From Salpingoeca rosetta (taxonomy: Eukaryota; Protista; Choanoflagellata): a stretch of 64,000 nt of DNA. Location: contig JAWQFM010000013.1 of assembly GCA_033442325.1 (NCBI GenBank), positions 1-64,000 of the forward strand, in the 5' to 3' direction. The notes under the pieces were generated by a model. It saw nothing but the letters and a program-made list of their open reading frames with translations. It did not search any database and was not told the origin of the DNA. Shown here in pieces: positions 41,337 through 57,577 of the stretch. The position numbers were made by a program, and so were the translations under genes. How positions within the stretch are numbered: position 1 is the first letter of the stretch; every line of letters begins with the position of its first letter.

Positions 41337-42429
41337 CATACACACGGGCAGCATCTCACACCTGCGAGCCCGGGAAGTAGACGGAGGCGGAGGTGGCGCC
41401 GGCGACGGTGACGGGAGTGACGAGCAGATCGCCTCCAACTGGCAGCACAGGGGTAGCGGGGGGGGGGGGAGGAGGTGGACGGAGGTGAGGCGCACCAAGG
41501 AGCAGGCAAAGGTGAGACAGTGGTGTTGAAAGGGTGTTGTTGGTGGCGAGTGAGCATCAGAGAAGAGCATGACAGTGGCAAGAACAAGAACAAGAACAAG
41601 AAGAACAAGAACACCGCCACCACCATCACACGCGGTGACGAACCGAGGTGTGTTGTTTCCTCAGCAAAGGCGTCCTCCTCCTCGGGGTACTCGGCCCAGA
41701 TTGGGCGCATGACGGGAACGCCCGTGGTCGCGCTCACGTGGAACAGCGTGTACCAGTACGGAAGCAGCTGGTAGCGCGCATGAATCGTCGAGCGAACGAT
41801 GGTCCTGGGTAGTGCAGTGGTGGCGAGGGATGGGAGGGGGGTGGTTACGCGGAGCACACAAACAAACAAACAAACAAACAAACAAACAAACAAACAAACA
41901 AACAAACAAACAAACAAACAAACAAACAAACAAACAAACAAACAAACAAACAAACAAACAAACAAACAAACAAACAAACAAACAAACAAACAAACAAACA
42001 AACAAACAAACAAACAAAATCGGGTACGCACTGCTCTGGCTCGTCGAGGAGGTAGGGTTCACGGCGCTTGGTGTCGAGGTGGGCGTGTGCGCGCATGAAG
42101 GGCTGGTACGCGCCGGCCTGGTACCAGCGCACAAGCAGCTCCGTGTCCGGGTTGCCAAAGAACCCGCCAATGTCAGCGCCGCAGAAGGGGAGGCCCGCCA
42201 CGCTCACAGACAGCAGCATGGGCACGCTTGCCTGTGAATTGCGGTAAAGGTGGGGGGGGGAGGTAAGCGTGGTTGTATTGTGAGATGGTGGGCAAATGTG
42301 GGTGTTGGAGCGGGGCCACGTTGGAATAACGGCAGCCAAACCAGGTGAACAAGCAACGAAACAAGTAACAAGTACGCAAACAGGATGTCACAGACACACA
42401 CATACACACACATACACACAGACACAGAC

Positions 42430-42464
<35 letters not shown>

Positions 42465-43165
42465 AACCACACACGACACGAAATGCCAGGTCATCAGCGC
42501 ACCTTGAGATGCCCCCACTCTGCAGTGTTGTCGCCTGTCCAGATGGCGCCGTACTTCTGCGATCCAGCAAAGAATGCGCGGGAGAGGACAAAGGGGCGCT
42601 GGTGCCCACCAGAGCGCCGGCGAATGCCCTCCGCAGTGGAGGCCGGCTGCCACATGCCGTAGATGTTGTGCACGTCACGGTGCTCTCGGCCTAAAGACGT
42701 GGAAGGGGGAAATGGTGATGGGAGTGATGGTGATGGTGATGGGGTGCATTGGATTGCGAATCAATCACGAGCGTGGACACAGGTTGCAAAGCGAAGAGCA
42801 AACTGCATTGGCGGTGGCGATGCAGTTTGCAAACACAGTGCGCGCATGTGTGCGTGCAAGGGGCGTACCATCGAGGTGCTTTGCGTCCTTGTGCATGGTG
42901 ACCTCTGGGCCGTTGAACACAGACGGCTCGTTCATGTCGTTCCAGAAGAACACGCTTTGCGTCGTGCCCTCGTACTTGTCCAGCGCTACACAAAGCAGGT
43001 GTGTGTGTGCGCGCGTGTGTGTGAATATGCATGAGTGTATTAAGTGTGTTGGCATGCATATTCGCATACGTATGCGCCCACGCATGAGCACAGTCACACT
43101 TAAAGCACTACCAAGCCTCATCCCACCACGCTACACGCGCATTTCATCCAAACACACACGCACAC

Positions 43166-43211
<46 letters not shown>

Positions 43212-43311
43212 NNNNNNNNNNNNNNNNNNNNNNNNNNNNNNNNNNNNNNNNNNNNNNNNNNNNNNNNNNNNNNNNNNNNNNNNNNNNNNNNNNNNNNNNN
43301 NNNNNNNNNNN

Positions 43312-43386
<75 letters not shown>

Positions 43387-43974
43387 AATGTACGTGGGAC
43401 GTGCGTGCAAGGCCGTGCATGAACAAAGACATTTGAGTCAGCACGTCGCATGCCACCACGATGGCCGTGCAATGTAGCATTGGGCATCACATCACCTTGC
43501 GCGCTTGATGTGCGGGTCGACAATGTTGACCATCTTGCGCTCCTTGACGTTGAGTGCATTCTGCATTGCCGCTGGATCAGGGAACTTGGTGCGGTCCCAC
43601 GTCATGTACCTGCACACAATATGTGGGAGGGGGAAAGGGGAGGCGTAAGTTCTTGGTAAACAAGAAGAAACACAGACAGGCCGGCAGAAGGGGTAGGTTA
43701 ACAGGCATATAGGCAGACGCATGTGCGCGCACACACACACACACACACTGACAACACACACACACACACACATATGCACCACTCCCACCCCGGCCCTCTA
43801 CACGCATTCAGCAGCACCTCTTTCCGTCTGTGTGCTCAATGTCGAGCCAGATGACGTCTGCCGGGATGTCCGCTTCGTCCAGGCGCCGGTCAACCAGCGC
43901 AACATCCTGCAGCGGGTGGTGTGTAGTGGGGTTGGGGTACATGTGTGCGTGTGTGTGTGTGTGTGCGTGTGTGT

Positions 43975-44010
<36 letters not shown>

Positions 44011-44192
44011 ATGTGTGTGTGTGCTTGCTTCCCACGCGGGTGCAACGTGAGCACCTCCTGATCGTTGTAGTTCCAGCGGCACTGGTGGTAGGCGAGGCTG
44101 AAGAGCGGCGGCAGCTCAGGCATGCCTGCACACACATGTGTCGATGGCGGAAGGACACAGAATGAAGCTGTATAAAGAGGCAAGAAAACACG

Positions 44193-44242
<50 letters not shown>

Positions 44243-45799
44243 AACACAATCAACACACAGAGACACAGACACAGACACAGACATACACACACATCCTCCA
44301 CCCTCCTCAGCCCACTCCAGCCGTAACACGTGGCGCACCTGTGACTTTTGCGTACTGCGCAAAGACGTCGTGGGGCTTTGGCCCGAGGAAGACAAACAGG
44401 TCCACAACGCCACTCTCCACCACCCACTGGGTGTCGACAGACGCGCGGGACGCCGTGTTGCCATCGCCGCCGGCCTGTGCCGATGGGGACGAGAAGAGCG
44501 AGGAGAGGGCACGCAGCAGCCGCGTGTGCACGGGAGATGACGCACCAGACCGCTGCACGTGCACCCACATCTCCGCTGCGTTGAGCAGCAGGGCGCCCGT
44601 CGTGTGGCGCCGGCTGTGCCCGAGCATGTACGGGATGCTGCCAGGTGACCGAGGGATTACGGAGGATGAGTGACCATCGTGTGAATGTATGCGAATGTGT
44701 GAATGTGTGTGTGTGTGTGTTTGTGTGTGAGTGTGTGAATGTCTGGGCGCTTGGGCTGTGCGTATGTGCGTACATGCGTGCGCATGAGCATGTGCGCAAG
44801 GATAACACACACGCTACAATCGTAGAAGCATAGCACCACCAGCCTCACGAGCCTCACCACGAGCCTTACCCCACCACCACCGTCACCACCACGGCCTCAC
44901 CTGCCGTAGAGTGCCATTGTCTCCTCCAGCTCGTACTCAAACACATCGAGATTGTACAGCCGGTACGGCTTGGTCCGCCTGCCGCAACAAGGCACCGCGA
45001 CGGAACGATGGAAAAAGAAGAATGAGGGCGTGTAAGTGTATGTGTGCGTGAGTGTGCGTTCGAGTGTGCGTTCAAGTGTGCGTGAGTGTGTGCGTGTGTA
45101 TGTGTGTGTGTGTGTGTGCGAACACTGGCACGCAAGCGTATGCTATTGTCCTTATGCTTCTTCCCAACACACCAAACAACCTGTGCCAAACACCACCACC
45201 ACCACCACCACTCGCGCTTACTCTGTGTCGCGAAGAGCAAACGAGTCTGCGTGCTCGGGAATGCCGTACACGTGTTGCGCATCGTGGAACGTCAGATCAA
45301 GCGAGACTGAAGCCATGTTGGGTGGTGGTGGTCGCAATCGGTGAGGAGGGTGTTCAAGTGAAAACTGAGAACTGAGATTAGTCTAACGCATGTGCGTTGC
45401 AATCACACATCCACCCACCCACCCACCCACCCACACACACATCCACCCACCCACACACACACACATACACACCCACACCCACCCACATACAGCACACCCT
45501 ACTTGCAGTTGGGCCGTGGGGCTTGCTGTCCTTGTGGGTCTTGAAGGATTCCTCCCACATGCCATCGACGTCGCCGTCACGCCGCTCCCGCTGCTGCTCA
45601 AAGTCAAACAGCCCGCGGCCATTCACCGTCGCAACGGCAGTCTGGAAAGGAAAAGCGGGCAAGCGGGATGGTGATTGTATGAGCAGGGTGATTTGTAAAG
45701 AGTGAAGGGTATTTGGGGGGGGGGGGCGCTGAAGGTGGCAACACAATGACACAAAGTGCAGCCATATACAATGACAAAGTGCGTACACACACACACACA

Positions 45800-45877
<78 letters not shown>

Positions 45878-46663
45878 GCCTCTCTCTCTCTCTCTTTGTC
45901 TCTCTCCCTGCCTCTCTGTCTCTCTCTGTCTCTGTCTGTCTGTCTGTTTCTCTCTCTCCCTCTTTTCAACTCACGTCGCCGCGCATAAAGTCGATGCGGA
46001 AGGGGGCGTAGGTGACGATGATGGAACCGATGACGTCGTGGTTGACAAGAACATCAGCGACAAAGTGCTCATCCGTGGAGCTGTCACTCTTCTGAATCTT
46101 CGCGGGCGTGTTCACCAGGTCCTCCGACACAACATCCTGTACGCGGTAGCTGTAACAAACACAAATGTGTGCATGACACAATGGGTGAATGGGTGTCGTG
46201 AGTACCAGACACTGGGAACACATGCATCGTCGCAGCGGTGATCAGAAGCGCACGTTGTGCTTGCTTGGGGCGGCCAGGCATGGTTGCGCCTTTCTGCATG
46301 AAACACACGTGCTTCGTTCGCATGCGTGGGGCACATGCGTTTCGTCGCACGTTCCATGCGGCACATGCGTTTGCTTGCGTGATGGAAACTCACCGAGGGC
46401 GGATGGGCTCCTTCTCGTCAATGACGAGGCGGAGGGTGTCGCTCTCAAAGCCAACAATGGAGGCGCGCAGGAGCTTGGTCTCGCGCGAGTCTTTCAGGTC
46501 AAAGACGAGCGCCTGCTGTTGTCCATTGCCGTCACTCCCGGCCACAATCTCCACGCTGCTGCGTTCGACGGTGTACGGCGACGTCCAGTCGCTCTAAAGG
46601 CGTGTGATGTTAGAGAGGGAGGGGGACGAAGATGAGAGGATACACAGGCAGCTGGCTTGTGAG

Positions 46664-46715
<52 letters not shown>

Positions 46716-47066
46716 GGCAGACAGACAGACAGACAGACAGACAGGCAGACAGACAGACACACGCACACGCACACGCACACGCACACGCACACACACACAG
46801 ACACAGACACAGACACACACAAACATACACACACACACACACACATCACACACATCACACACATCACACACATCACACACACGCCACACCCGCACCGGCC
46901 GATCGAGGATCTGGCGCTTGCAAAACCCGCTCTGCTCGCATGTCTTGAAGTTGCTGCGGTCCACAGCAGTGACAAAGAGCACACTGCCCACCGCCAGCAC
47001 AGCCAACACCACTGCCTGCACTGACACGGGAGCAGCGCCACCGCCACCACAACGTCTCATCATCAT
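40205..47066 (-). CDS. GANAB: Glucosidase II alpha subunit (GH31 neutral alpha-glucosidase AB), multi-exon, spans an N gap; last exon(s) not identified
   Basis: Signal peptide then [91 protein letters not shown] (catalytic nucleophile), [46 protein letters not shown]. Confidence 0.95.
41857..42018. repeat. (CAAA)n microsatellite, ~40 units, in a GANAB intron
   Basis: Direct inspection. A similar (TTTG)n tract lies at ~63714-63810. Confidence 0.95.
43212..43311. other. Assembly gap (run of N) inside GANAB
   Basis: 100 n flanked by (CA)n and (GT)n. Confidence 0.99.
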
Positions 47067-47522
47067 CAGCGTCTCTGTCTGTCAGTTGTCGCTGTTGCCG
47101 ACGTCAGCCAATTCCGGATACGGCCCTAATAATAAACCATTGTCCTTTAACTAGTTCTATATTCTATGTTTCGCACACAGAATACTGCTATTCCACGCAT
47201 TAGTGCTCGTGTAACTCATATCTACCACACGATGATGCAGCTGCCGTTGTTCGACAGCACCGCAGTCGAAAGAATATCAGGTGTTACACTCAACAATAGC
47301 CACATCCTCTCCGGTTTCCCCACACTACACATTGCTCACATCCCAGGACGAACAACGCGGTTTACCATCTTGCTTGTTTGTTTTTGGCTTGCTTGCTTCT
47401 TGCTTGTTGCTTGTTGTTCTCTCGCTCGCCTTTCCTGCTGTTTGTTTGTTTGTTTTTCTTCCCCACCCTTCTCCCCCTTCCCCACCACACCTCGCACACC
47501 CCCAATACAGCCAAGCAAGACC
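47067..47522. promoter_or_regulatory. Putative bidirectional promoter between divergent GANAB and amnionless-like genes
   Basis: About 456 bp between two head-to-head start codons; free of (CA/GT)n tracts and comparatively AT/TpA-rich at 47110-47340. Confidence 0.5.
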
Positions 47523-47825
47523 ATGAGTCGCGGTGCTGTTGTGATCACGCTTGCCGTGGTCGCCGCTGTGTTCAGCGCAGACCTCTGCGCTGCCAAGAAC
47601 CTCGTCTGGCGCGGTGGAAACACCAACTTTAACAACGCCGACAAGTGCGTTTTGGGTGGCGCGGTTGTGGCAGTACGTGTCGTGTTTGTTGTGCTTGCAC
47701 GTGTGTTTGTGTGTGCATGTTCGTGTTTTGTGTTTGCTGTTGCAGCGAGTCGTGTGTGCAGTACTCGTGTTCGTGTGATGTCACGCGTGCTCCTTCACCT
47801 CACTCACATTGTGCACTCACCCCAT

Positions 47826-47868
<43 letters not shown>

Positions 47869-49301
47869 ATACACACACACACACGCCATCCACACACCGC
47901 AACGCAGCTGGGACGGTGCACTGCCACTGGAGAGCAGCGATGTCGCCAGTGTCGACCTGCGCTCGGAGCGCGCGTACACGTCGTTCATCTCCAGCGAGAC
48001 GTACTCCGTTGGCTCCCGCATGAAGCTCCCCATGAACGGCCGCTTCGTCTTTCAGAGCGACCAGGCGGTTGTCATCAAGTTCAAGTGCGTTTATTGTTTC
48101 GTGTCGTCGATGTGCCGCCTTGAAAGCGATGCCATGCTTCGTTTGCATTGACATTGGCATTCATGTCCTTGCTTCTCCTTCCTTGCGTCGTCTTCTCTGC
48201 TCATCCAAACGAGTGCATCAGATAGCCCATCTCACACTCTCGTTGAACACCGCACGACATTGTGTGTGCGTGTTTTGTTTTTCCTCTTCTTCTTCTGTCC
48301 TTTGACTCTCAGTGAGCAAGCATCTGGCCCAGAGGCGCAGTTCAAGGGTCCCCGCGACGACATTGAGTTTTCCTTCAACTGCCCAGACAACGTGAGTTTC
48401 ATCGCGGTTGGCAATAGTGCTGGTGACGAAGAGTAGAGTAATGGTGTTTCTGCTTTGTACACGCTCTGATTTGCGACTGCAACTGACACGCACACACGCT
48501 CACTCACTAACACACAAACGCACCACTCACACAACTGTCACACTTGCACACACACACAACTGTCACACATGCACACACACACACTTACACTTACGCATAC
48601 ACGCACATGACGTGCAGTGGCGGATCTACCGTGGCACGTCGCTGGATGCGACGACGGAGCCTCCGCGTGAGGACGATGACGTGTTCTTTGAGCCAGACAG
48701 CTCGTACCACGTGTTCTCCGACGCCCCGCTGACCAACGTGGCGTCGCTGACCATCGGGCACCCGAGCACGGCGGGCCTGGAGATTGAGGACTGCCGCGAC
48801 CTGCCCGCGCCGCAGTTTGATGGGCTGGACTGCAGCCGCTTCTTCATCAACGACGAGACGGCGTGCACGGACGAGTTCTCATTCAACGACGAGGGCACGC
48901 GCGCGTGCATGTACTACAACAGCTGCCCGACGGAGGAGCAGGCTGCAGAGCAGGCCGCGCGTCTCGTGGAGGGCGCGCAATACAAGGACGCCGAGATCCA
49001 GGCCGCTGCCGCCACCTTGGACACGGTCAACTTCCAGTTCGACCTGGCCGTGGACGCCCTGTCGCAGAACGAGGACGTTCGCGCTGCGATTGACGCTGCG
49101 TTGCAGGACGAGGATTCGCTCGCCGCCCTGGCACCCGCAATGCTGCCAGACCTCAATGGTACGTAGCCGTTGTGCTGGCGGTGGTAGCGATGTATTGTGT
49201 GCGTTGGTGGGTGTGTATGTAAGTGTGTACGTGTGTGTGTTCGTGTGTTCGTTGGTTCGTGTGTATCAGTGTTCGTGTGTTCGTTGGTTCGTGTGTATCA
49301 G

Positions 49302-49341
<40 letters not shown>

Positions 49342-51922
49342 CGTGTGCGTCTTTACGTGAATGATATCGCTGTTGGGACGTCACTTGCGCCTTCGCATGC
49401 TTCCGCCCTCCCTACCTCCTTACCCTTCCTTTCCACGCTTTCACCTCTTCCCACCAACTCATCCCCAACCTCCAACCCAAAACTCCCAACTCACTCCTCC
49501 CCTCTTTGAAAACCAAAAACGGATAGGCACGTCGTTCACGTGGACGGTGTGGTCGCTGTCCGCCGCCTACAGCGACATGACCCTCACCCTCTCCGGCGTC
49601 GCCACCGCCCCCCGCGCCGCCTTTGCTGTCCCCGGCACAGACCCGCGCCTCTTTGATCCCACCGCCACCCTGACCCTCGCCAACCCCACGGCCGGGGTCG
49701 ACGGCGCGTTCCAGACGGAGACGCGTGTCCTGGCCCGCGTGCACGTGGCCGCGCTCGCCTCAGCCCACGCCACCGCCGACGCCCTCGCAGCCGTCAACAC
49801 CACCTGTGCCGACGAGGCAGCGTGCACCCAGATTGCGAGCGTGGTGCAGGCCCTCAGCAAGGTGGACAAGGCGGCAGGGAGCTCGTTCGACACGTCCATG
49901 CTGGTGAGCACGGTGTGCAAGGACTACACGTGCCCGTCGGACCCGGACCAGCTCAAGGCGGCGATTGCGCAGGCGCTCGGCAACGACACCACTGTCAGCG
50001 ACGACGACATTGCTGCGCTGGCTGGCGCGCTTACCGGGCTCAACGCCACAGACAACGGGGACCTGCAGGCGTTCCTGGAGAGCGACAATGCAATTGCCGC
50101 TGGTGATGCCCTCAACACGGCCGACGCCGCCGTGGTGGCCGCCCAGCCCATCACCCGCACCATCATCTCGGACCCGATTGTGTTTGGCGTGCACCTGCCC
50201 GCGCTGACGCTGCGGCTGCTGGTGAACACGGCCAACCGCGCGGCGTTTATCGCGGAGATGAAGCAGCGCTTCCTGGCCGCCGTCGCCGCGGACGAGGTGC
50301 TCGGCATGGAGCTCATCCTCAGCACCAGCGCCAACACCGGCAGTGACAGCAGCACTGCCCGCCGACGCCGTGCCGCTGGCGACGACGCAAACGTGGTGGT
50401 TGAGCTGATTGTGACGTACAAGGTGACATGTCTGGAGGACCTGTGCGATGCGCTGGTGGTGACGAGCGACCACCCGTCGTACCAGGCGCTGGTGGCGGCT
50501 GCAAACGGCGCCGCAGCCACCATTGACCCGCAGGCGTACGAGTGCTTCATCACCACCCTCAGCAGCGGCGCCATCCAGATTGACGACCTGCCCTCCTCCT
50601 CTTGCCTGTACGACCGCGCACGGGAGCTGCTCGCGGCCTCTGGTGGCGACGCTGCCGCCGCCTACGACGCCCTCATCGCCGCCACCACCTGCGGGCCGGC
50701 CGGGTCGCTGCCCACGGGCGACTGCGTGCTCGACGTTGCCGCAGACGTCGTCGCGCAGATTGAGACGCGTGTGCAGAACGCCGTCAACGCTGCCACCACC
50801 ACCACCTCCACCACCACGGCCACCAAGCCCGTCATCTCGACCTCCAGCAGCAGCACGACTGCGCCCGTGACCATTGCGCCTGCGGAGTCGAGCGCCGCGA
50901 GCGTGGGCGTCATTGCTGGCGGCGCTGCTGCCGGTGTTGTCGCCCTCATTGCCGTTGTCATCCTCATCGTCGTCCTCCAGCGGTATGCGGTCGATTGCTC
51001 CTCGTGCATGTGGGGTGGCGTTGGCGTGGGGTCGTGATTGTGTCGGCGTGCACCCTGCTTTCGTTGCTGTCGTTGCTGCGTGCGGGCGACTGTTCCGTTT
51101 GATGACATTGCAATGTCACTGCTTGTTGATGATGAGAATCATGTTTGTGTGTGTGTGCACACCCCACCCCTAACAACCATCGTCGCAACCATCGCCATCA
51201 CAACCATCATCGTTGCCGTCGCGTGCACACAGTCGCGGCGGCTCCCGCAGCTCGGGCAAGGCCGGCACCGCTGTTGACGCCAACAGACACGTCGTCGCCT
51301 TTGAAAACCCAATGTGTACGTGTGTGAGTGTGAGTGAGTGTACATGTGCATGTGTGTGCCTGTGTGTGTGCGTGTTGGTCGAATATCCCTCGAATTGTCC
51401 GTCCACGCATCACGTCGGCTCTAACGTCTTCATCTGCGTCACGTTGTGTTCAGACGACGACCCCGGCCTCAACCCGGCTATGGTGCAGCCCGTCTACGAG
51501 GCAGCAGGCGACAAGCCAGAGGAAGAAGGTGCGCCGTTTGTGTGTGTGTGTGTGCGTGTGCGTGTGTGTGTTTGTGTTTGTGTGTTTGTGTGTTATGCGT
51601 GTTATGCGTGTTATGCGTGATTGTGATTCTTCTTTGCTTCATCGCCCACTTATCCATGGTGCCCAGCGTTCGCTCCACTTCATATCGCCTCACCTCATTT
51701 TACCTCACCTCACCTCACCTTACCTCACTACGCACGCGCATGACTTGGTGCAGGCCTGTACGACGAGCCTGCGTTTACGGTTGGTCTAAACGACAAGACG
51801 AACCCCATCTACCAGTCCAACGAGGACCTCGCGGAGAGCGACTACGACAACATCGCCGATAGCGAGGACGATGGCCCAGACGGCACCGGCTACCTCGGTA
51901 CGTGCGTGTGTGTGTCATGTGT

Positions 51923-51956
<34 letters not shown>

Positions 51957-52077
51957 GTGTCTGCTGTAGCTCTCTTCTTTTTTTCACGCGTGACATCTCC
52001 AACCCTCACAATCACCCATTAACCCCCCCCCACCCCCAACTTCGACAGACGTTGCCCCCGAAGTGGAGGACGAGTGA
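47523..52077 (+). CDS. Amnionless-like type I membrane protein with Tyr-rich endocytic tail (multi-exon)
   Basis: Signal peptide; VWRGGNTNFNNADNW, MKLPMNGRFVF, FNCPDNW, PPREDDDVFFEPDSSYHV resemble the amnionless N-terminal beta-helix. RRRRAA basic site; S/T stalk; TM VGVIAGGAAAGVVALIAVVILIVVL. Spliced tail with FENPMY, VYE, LYDEP, TNPIY, DYDN and GYLDV; stop TGA at 52075-52077. Confidence 0.75.
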
Positions 52078-52660
52078 TGCAATGTGGCGCATCCGCAATC
52101 ACATCCGCAGTCACATACGCTCCCTCTTCCTGCCCCCTGACATGTTGACTCTCCCCATATGCACGCGCTGTCAAACCTTACCCTGCGTTCTTGCCCCCCT
52201 CCCTTCTTCTTCTTTCGTTGCCCCTGCTCACCCTCCCTCACTGCTTTCCCTTGTTTTGTTACACCGACCTGCCTGCCTGCTGCATGCATTTCTTGCTGTT
52301 TCTGGGCGCTGCGTGCGCACCTCCCCTTGTTCTCCCTTTCCTACCTCTGTTGCACAATGAACAACTGAACACACCACCAGCATTGGCAAACAAGTGACCT
52401 TGACGTGTCGCAACGGCGGCTGAGTTGATGACCGAGTGGAAAGACTTCTTCCTTCAGAGAGCCGCCACAACAAGGCGGTGTGCTGTTTGGCTAGAATTTC
52501 ACAGCAAGTTTTCAACAAATTATCCACAACTCGCCGCACAAACCAAGCCAAACTCGCTCCTCGCTCGCTCGCAGTTGCTGACTTGTGTCATCCACCTTCG
52601 AAGCAGTACAACATACATCACACATCCACCTTCAACGACCCAGTACAACAAACAACACAA

Positions 52661-52705
<45 letters not shown>

Positions 52706-52725
52706 CCACATCCACACATCCAAAG

Positions 52726-53355
52726 ATGGGCGACATGGATGACCCGGATCAGCTCCTCAGCATGTTTATGGTATGGCTTTCTTTCTTACCCTGTTTTCTT
52801 TTCGCGCGCGCGAACGAACAACACTGCAGCAACGAATGTGTCCGCGCCCTGAAATACAACCGAATGCTCACACTGCGGTGAATGCCTTGCGTGCATCTCC
52901 TTGTCGCCTCTCCGTATGCTCGACGTGTGTGTGCAGTCGCTTGGGACCACTGACCATGGCACGCTCATCGACCAGTTCAAAAAGGTGTGTTGTTGGGCTG
53001 CTGTTGTTGATGCGTATGCGCGAGCGTGCCGGGCTTGTCGGCGCGGCAAATTGTTGGTGGCGAAGCCTGTGTATTGATGCCAGTGTGAAACACTTTGCCT
53101 CATGCTTCATGTACCACATGGACCTGCAGGTGGTTCGGATTGATGACGACAGCCTTGCGTCGTTCTTTCTCGAGGCAAACAACTGGAACCTGCAGGTTCG
53201 TTCAGAGTAGTCAGTGAGCTTGCGAGGGGCCCCGCGCGTGGAAGGAGGGATCCAGGGCGTCGTTGCTGCCAACTTCAACGTTGATGAGAGCCACACATGC
53301 CTTGTTCCGTGAACCGCTGCGTGTGGTATATTGATGCACAACGTTTCCCGATTGC

Positions 53356-53393
<38 letters not shown>

Positions 53394-53686
53394 GGCGCGG
53401 TGTGGTCATACTTTGACCAACAGGGTTCCGGTAACCAGATGTACATTCCAAGACAGAGACCGCAAGCAGGTGGGCGCGTGCGATTGTGGTTGTGAATGTG
53501 AACATGATGGTGTGCGTGGTTGCTGTTGCGTTGCTGTGTGCTGTTGGGTGTGTTTTACGTTCACATTGCGCCTCACCTGCCACTCGCGTCACCTTCATGC
53601 GTGTTCCTCAGAACTGATTGGCGAAATGACTGCCTCACACGGCAGCGACGCCGTCGGCTCTGGACAGCAGTTTACAAAAACGTGGC

Positions 53687-53768
<82 letters not shown>

Positions 53769-54477
53769 TCCTCAATGCAACGCTTGCACTGCCTCCCCTC
53801 ATTGTGAAGTCACCGTCTCACCCCGTTGCCTGCACAGTTTTCGCAACACTGGCACGACACACTGGCCGCACTCGACCGTATTTGCCTTTCTCAACGTAAG
53901 CGCCGGGTGCGCATGTATTTGTGTGTTGTGTGATGACACCTCTGTGATCATGACACACCGCGCCCTTCAGTCGTTGCACATGATGTCCTCGTTCCTTCCG
54001 CACATTGCCTCCCCCCCCCCTTCACCGCATTCCCTCCCTTGCCTCCACAACCCCTCGACCTCACCCACCACCATCACCACCTCCAGGGCGAGAGGATGGG
54101 TGCGCCGTCTCGTGTCGCCGTGCCGCCCGCTGCTCCCGGCGAATTTGCAGACGTCACAGTCACATTCACAGCACCGCGCGGTACGGTGCCTGGTGGCCAT
54201 TGCAGGGAGGGCAGGGGTCTGGGAGGTGCTGGTGTGCTTGGCGATGCTTGGTGCTACTGTGTGCTTGAAAACTGGGCCATTCTGGCTCGACACAGAACAG
54301 TGCGCATGTGTGTGTGTGTGTGCGTGTTTCGTGCATTTGCAGTTTTGTGTGTATGTATTGCTCATTCAACCATGTACACGTGTGTCAAATGGAACAGAGC
54401 CGGGCCAATATGTCGGCACGTGGCGACTCCAGCACAGCGACCACGTCACCGAGGTATCATGTCAAGCATATAATGAC

Positions 54478-54513
<36 letters not shown>

Positions 54514-54561
54514 ACGCAAAACCGACCAAACAAAATGAGTTCAACCATTCTCCAACAAACT

Positions 54562-54622
<61 letters not shown>

Positions 54623-55048
54623 TCGACCCTCCACCTTCGACCCTTCTCCTAACGAACACCCCACCCTCCCTGTTCGCAGTGTTTTGGCGAAGAGGTGTGG
54701 GTGATTCTGAACGTGACAGATGACGGTGGCGTGGGTCTCGTGCAGGCCATGCAGTCCACATCCATGGGCGAGGGCGGTGGGCAGCAGCAGCAGTCGTCAT
54801 CGTCATCGTTTGGCGGCGGGTTTGGTGTGATGCAACAGCAGCACGGCGGCTCGTTTGGTGGACAGCAGATGCAGATGCAGATGCAAGGGCAGGGCCAGGG
54901 ATCCATGATGATGCAGGGGCACGGTGAGCCACAACAGCAACAACAGCAGCCCCAGCAACCCTCGTTTGGACGCTCCGTGGGCGCATTTGGCGTCCATGAT
55001 TCAGCATCTCCACACCACCACCACCACCACTTTGGTGGACCTCAGTGA
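52726..55048 (+). CDS. ILRUN: ILRUN/C6orf106-like protein (UBA-like + NBR1 FW domain), multi-exon, Gln-rich tail
   Basis: [35 protein letters not shown] (UBA-like); [51 protein letters not shown] (FW domain). Confidence 0.88.
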
Positions 55049-55089
55049 AGACGAAGGACGAGCAAAACAAAGAACTAAGCAGAATTGTA

Positions 55090-55163
<74 letters not shown>

Positions 55164-56105
55164 ATATGGCATCGGCTCTGGGACCATGTGTGTTTGTGCT
55201 TCAACCGAGCGACATTGATGTTGTTCTCATGCTGTGCCTGATTGGCTGGTTCCCACTCTTTTCCTTTCTCCCCCTTTCGTTACTCTTCCCGCATACAAGC
55301 CTAACTGCATTCAGCAGGTGTGTATGTGTGTATGTATGTATGTGTGTGTGTGTGTGTGTGGGAGTGAGAGAGACAGACAGACACACACACAGGCACACAC
55401 ACAGACACACACATAGAAAGAGCATGTACACACAACACAACACAACACAACACACACACAACACACACAACACACAAACAACAACATGCACCAAAATTAT
55501 CAGACTGAATTCAGTCGCTACTGCCAGTTGCGCAACATGGCACAAAGCTAAATTTGGCGGTTGCGGTGTTGCAGCAATGGCGATGACAAAGCAACATCTC
55601 ACACAAAGCAACATGGAAGGTTTTGTGGGGTCTTTCCCTCCCTTATTGTCACCGCCGTTGGCTTTTGTTTTCCACTCACGCAACAAGCTGAGCAGTGCAG
55701 AACAACACACACAGCGGCTGCTGAACACGCGAGCGATCGCTTCTCTGCCACGGTATTTTCATCTTGACAGCTTGACAACAGGTGTGTGTGCGCGTGTTTG
55801 GCTTTGTCGCCGTTGGAGAGATATTTTTGTTGGGTGTCGCTTGTGCGATCGGCTGCGTTGCCGTGTTCATTTCTTTCCTTCCCGCTCCTCCACCCTTTTG
55901 CGTGAGTGCTGTTTTGCATGTTGTGATCTGACATGTGACACCGTCGCATATGGCAAGGACAGAAGCAATCTCACCCGGTCACGTGGTCTTGCTTCTTCTG
56001 CGATCTGCACGACTTACTCATCCACTCACCCCACTACGTACCCCTCGCTCACCCATCTCTCCACACACACTACACACACACACGCACACACACACACACA
56101 CTACA

Positions 56106-56147
<42 letters not shown>

Positions 56148-56188
56148 CATCCATTCATCACACACGCTCTGCAGATACATACCGTTGA

Positions 56189-57577
<1,389 letters not shown>

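Noticed and set aside
47250-47270. TTCGAC...GTCGAA inverted repeat in the divergent promoter
   Set aside because: Only a 6-bp stem; expected by chance.
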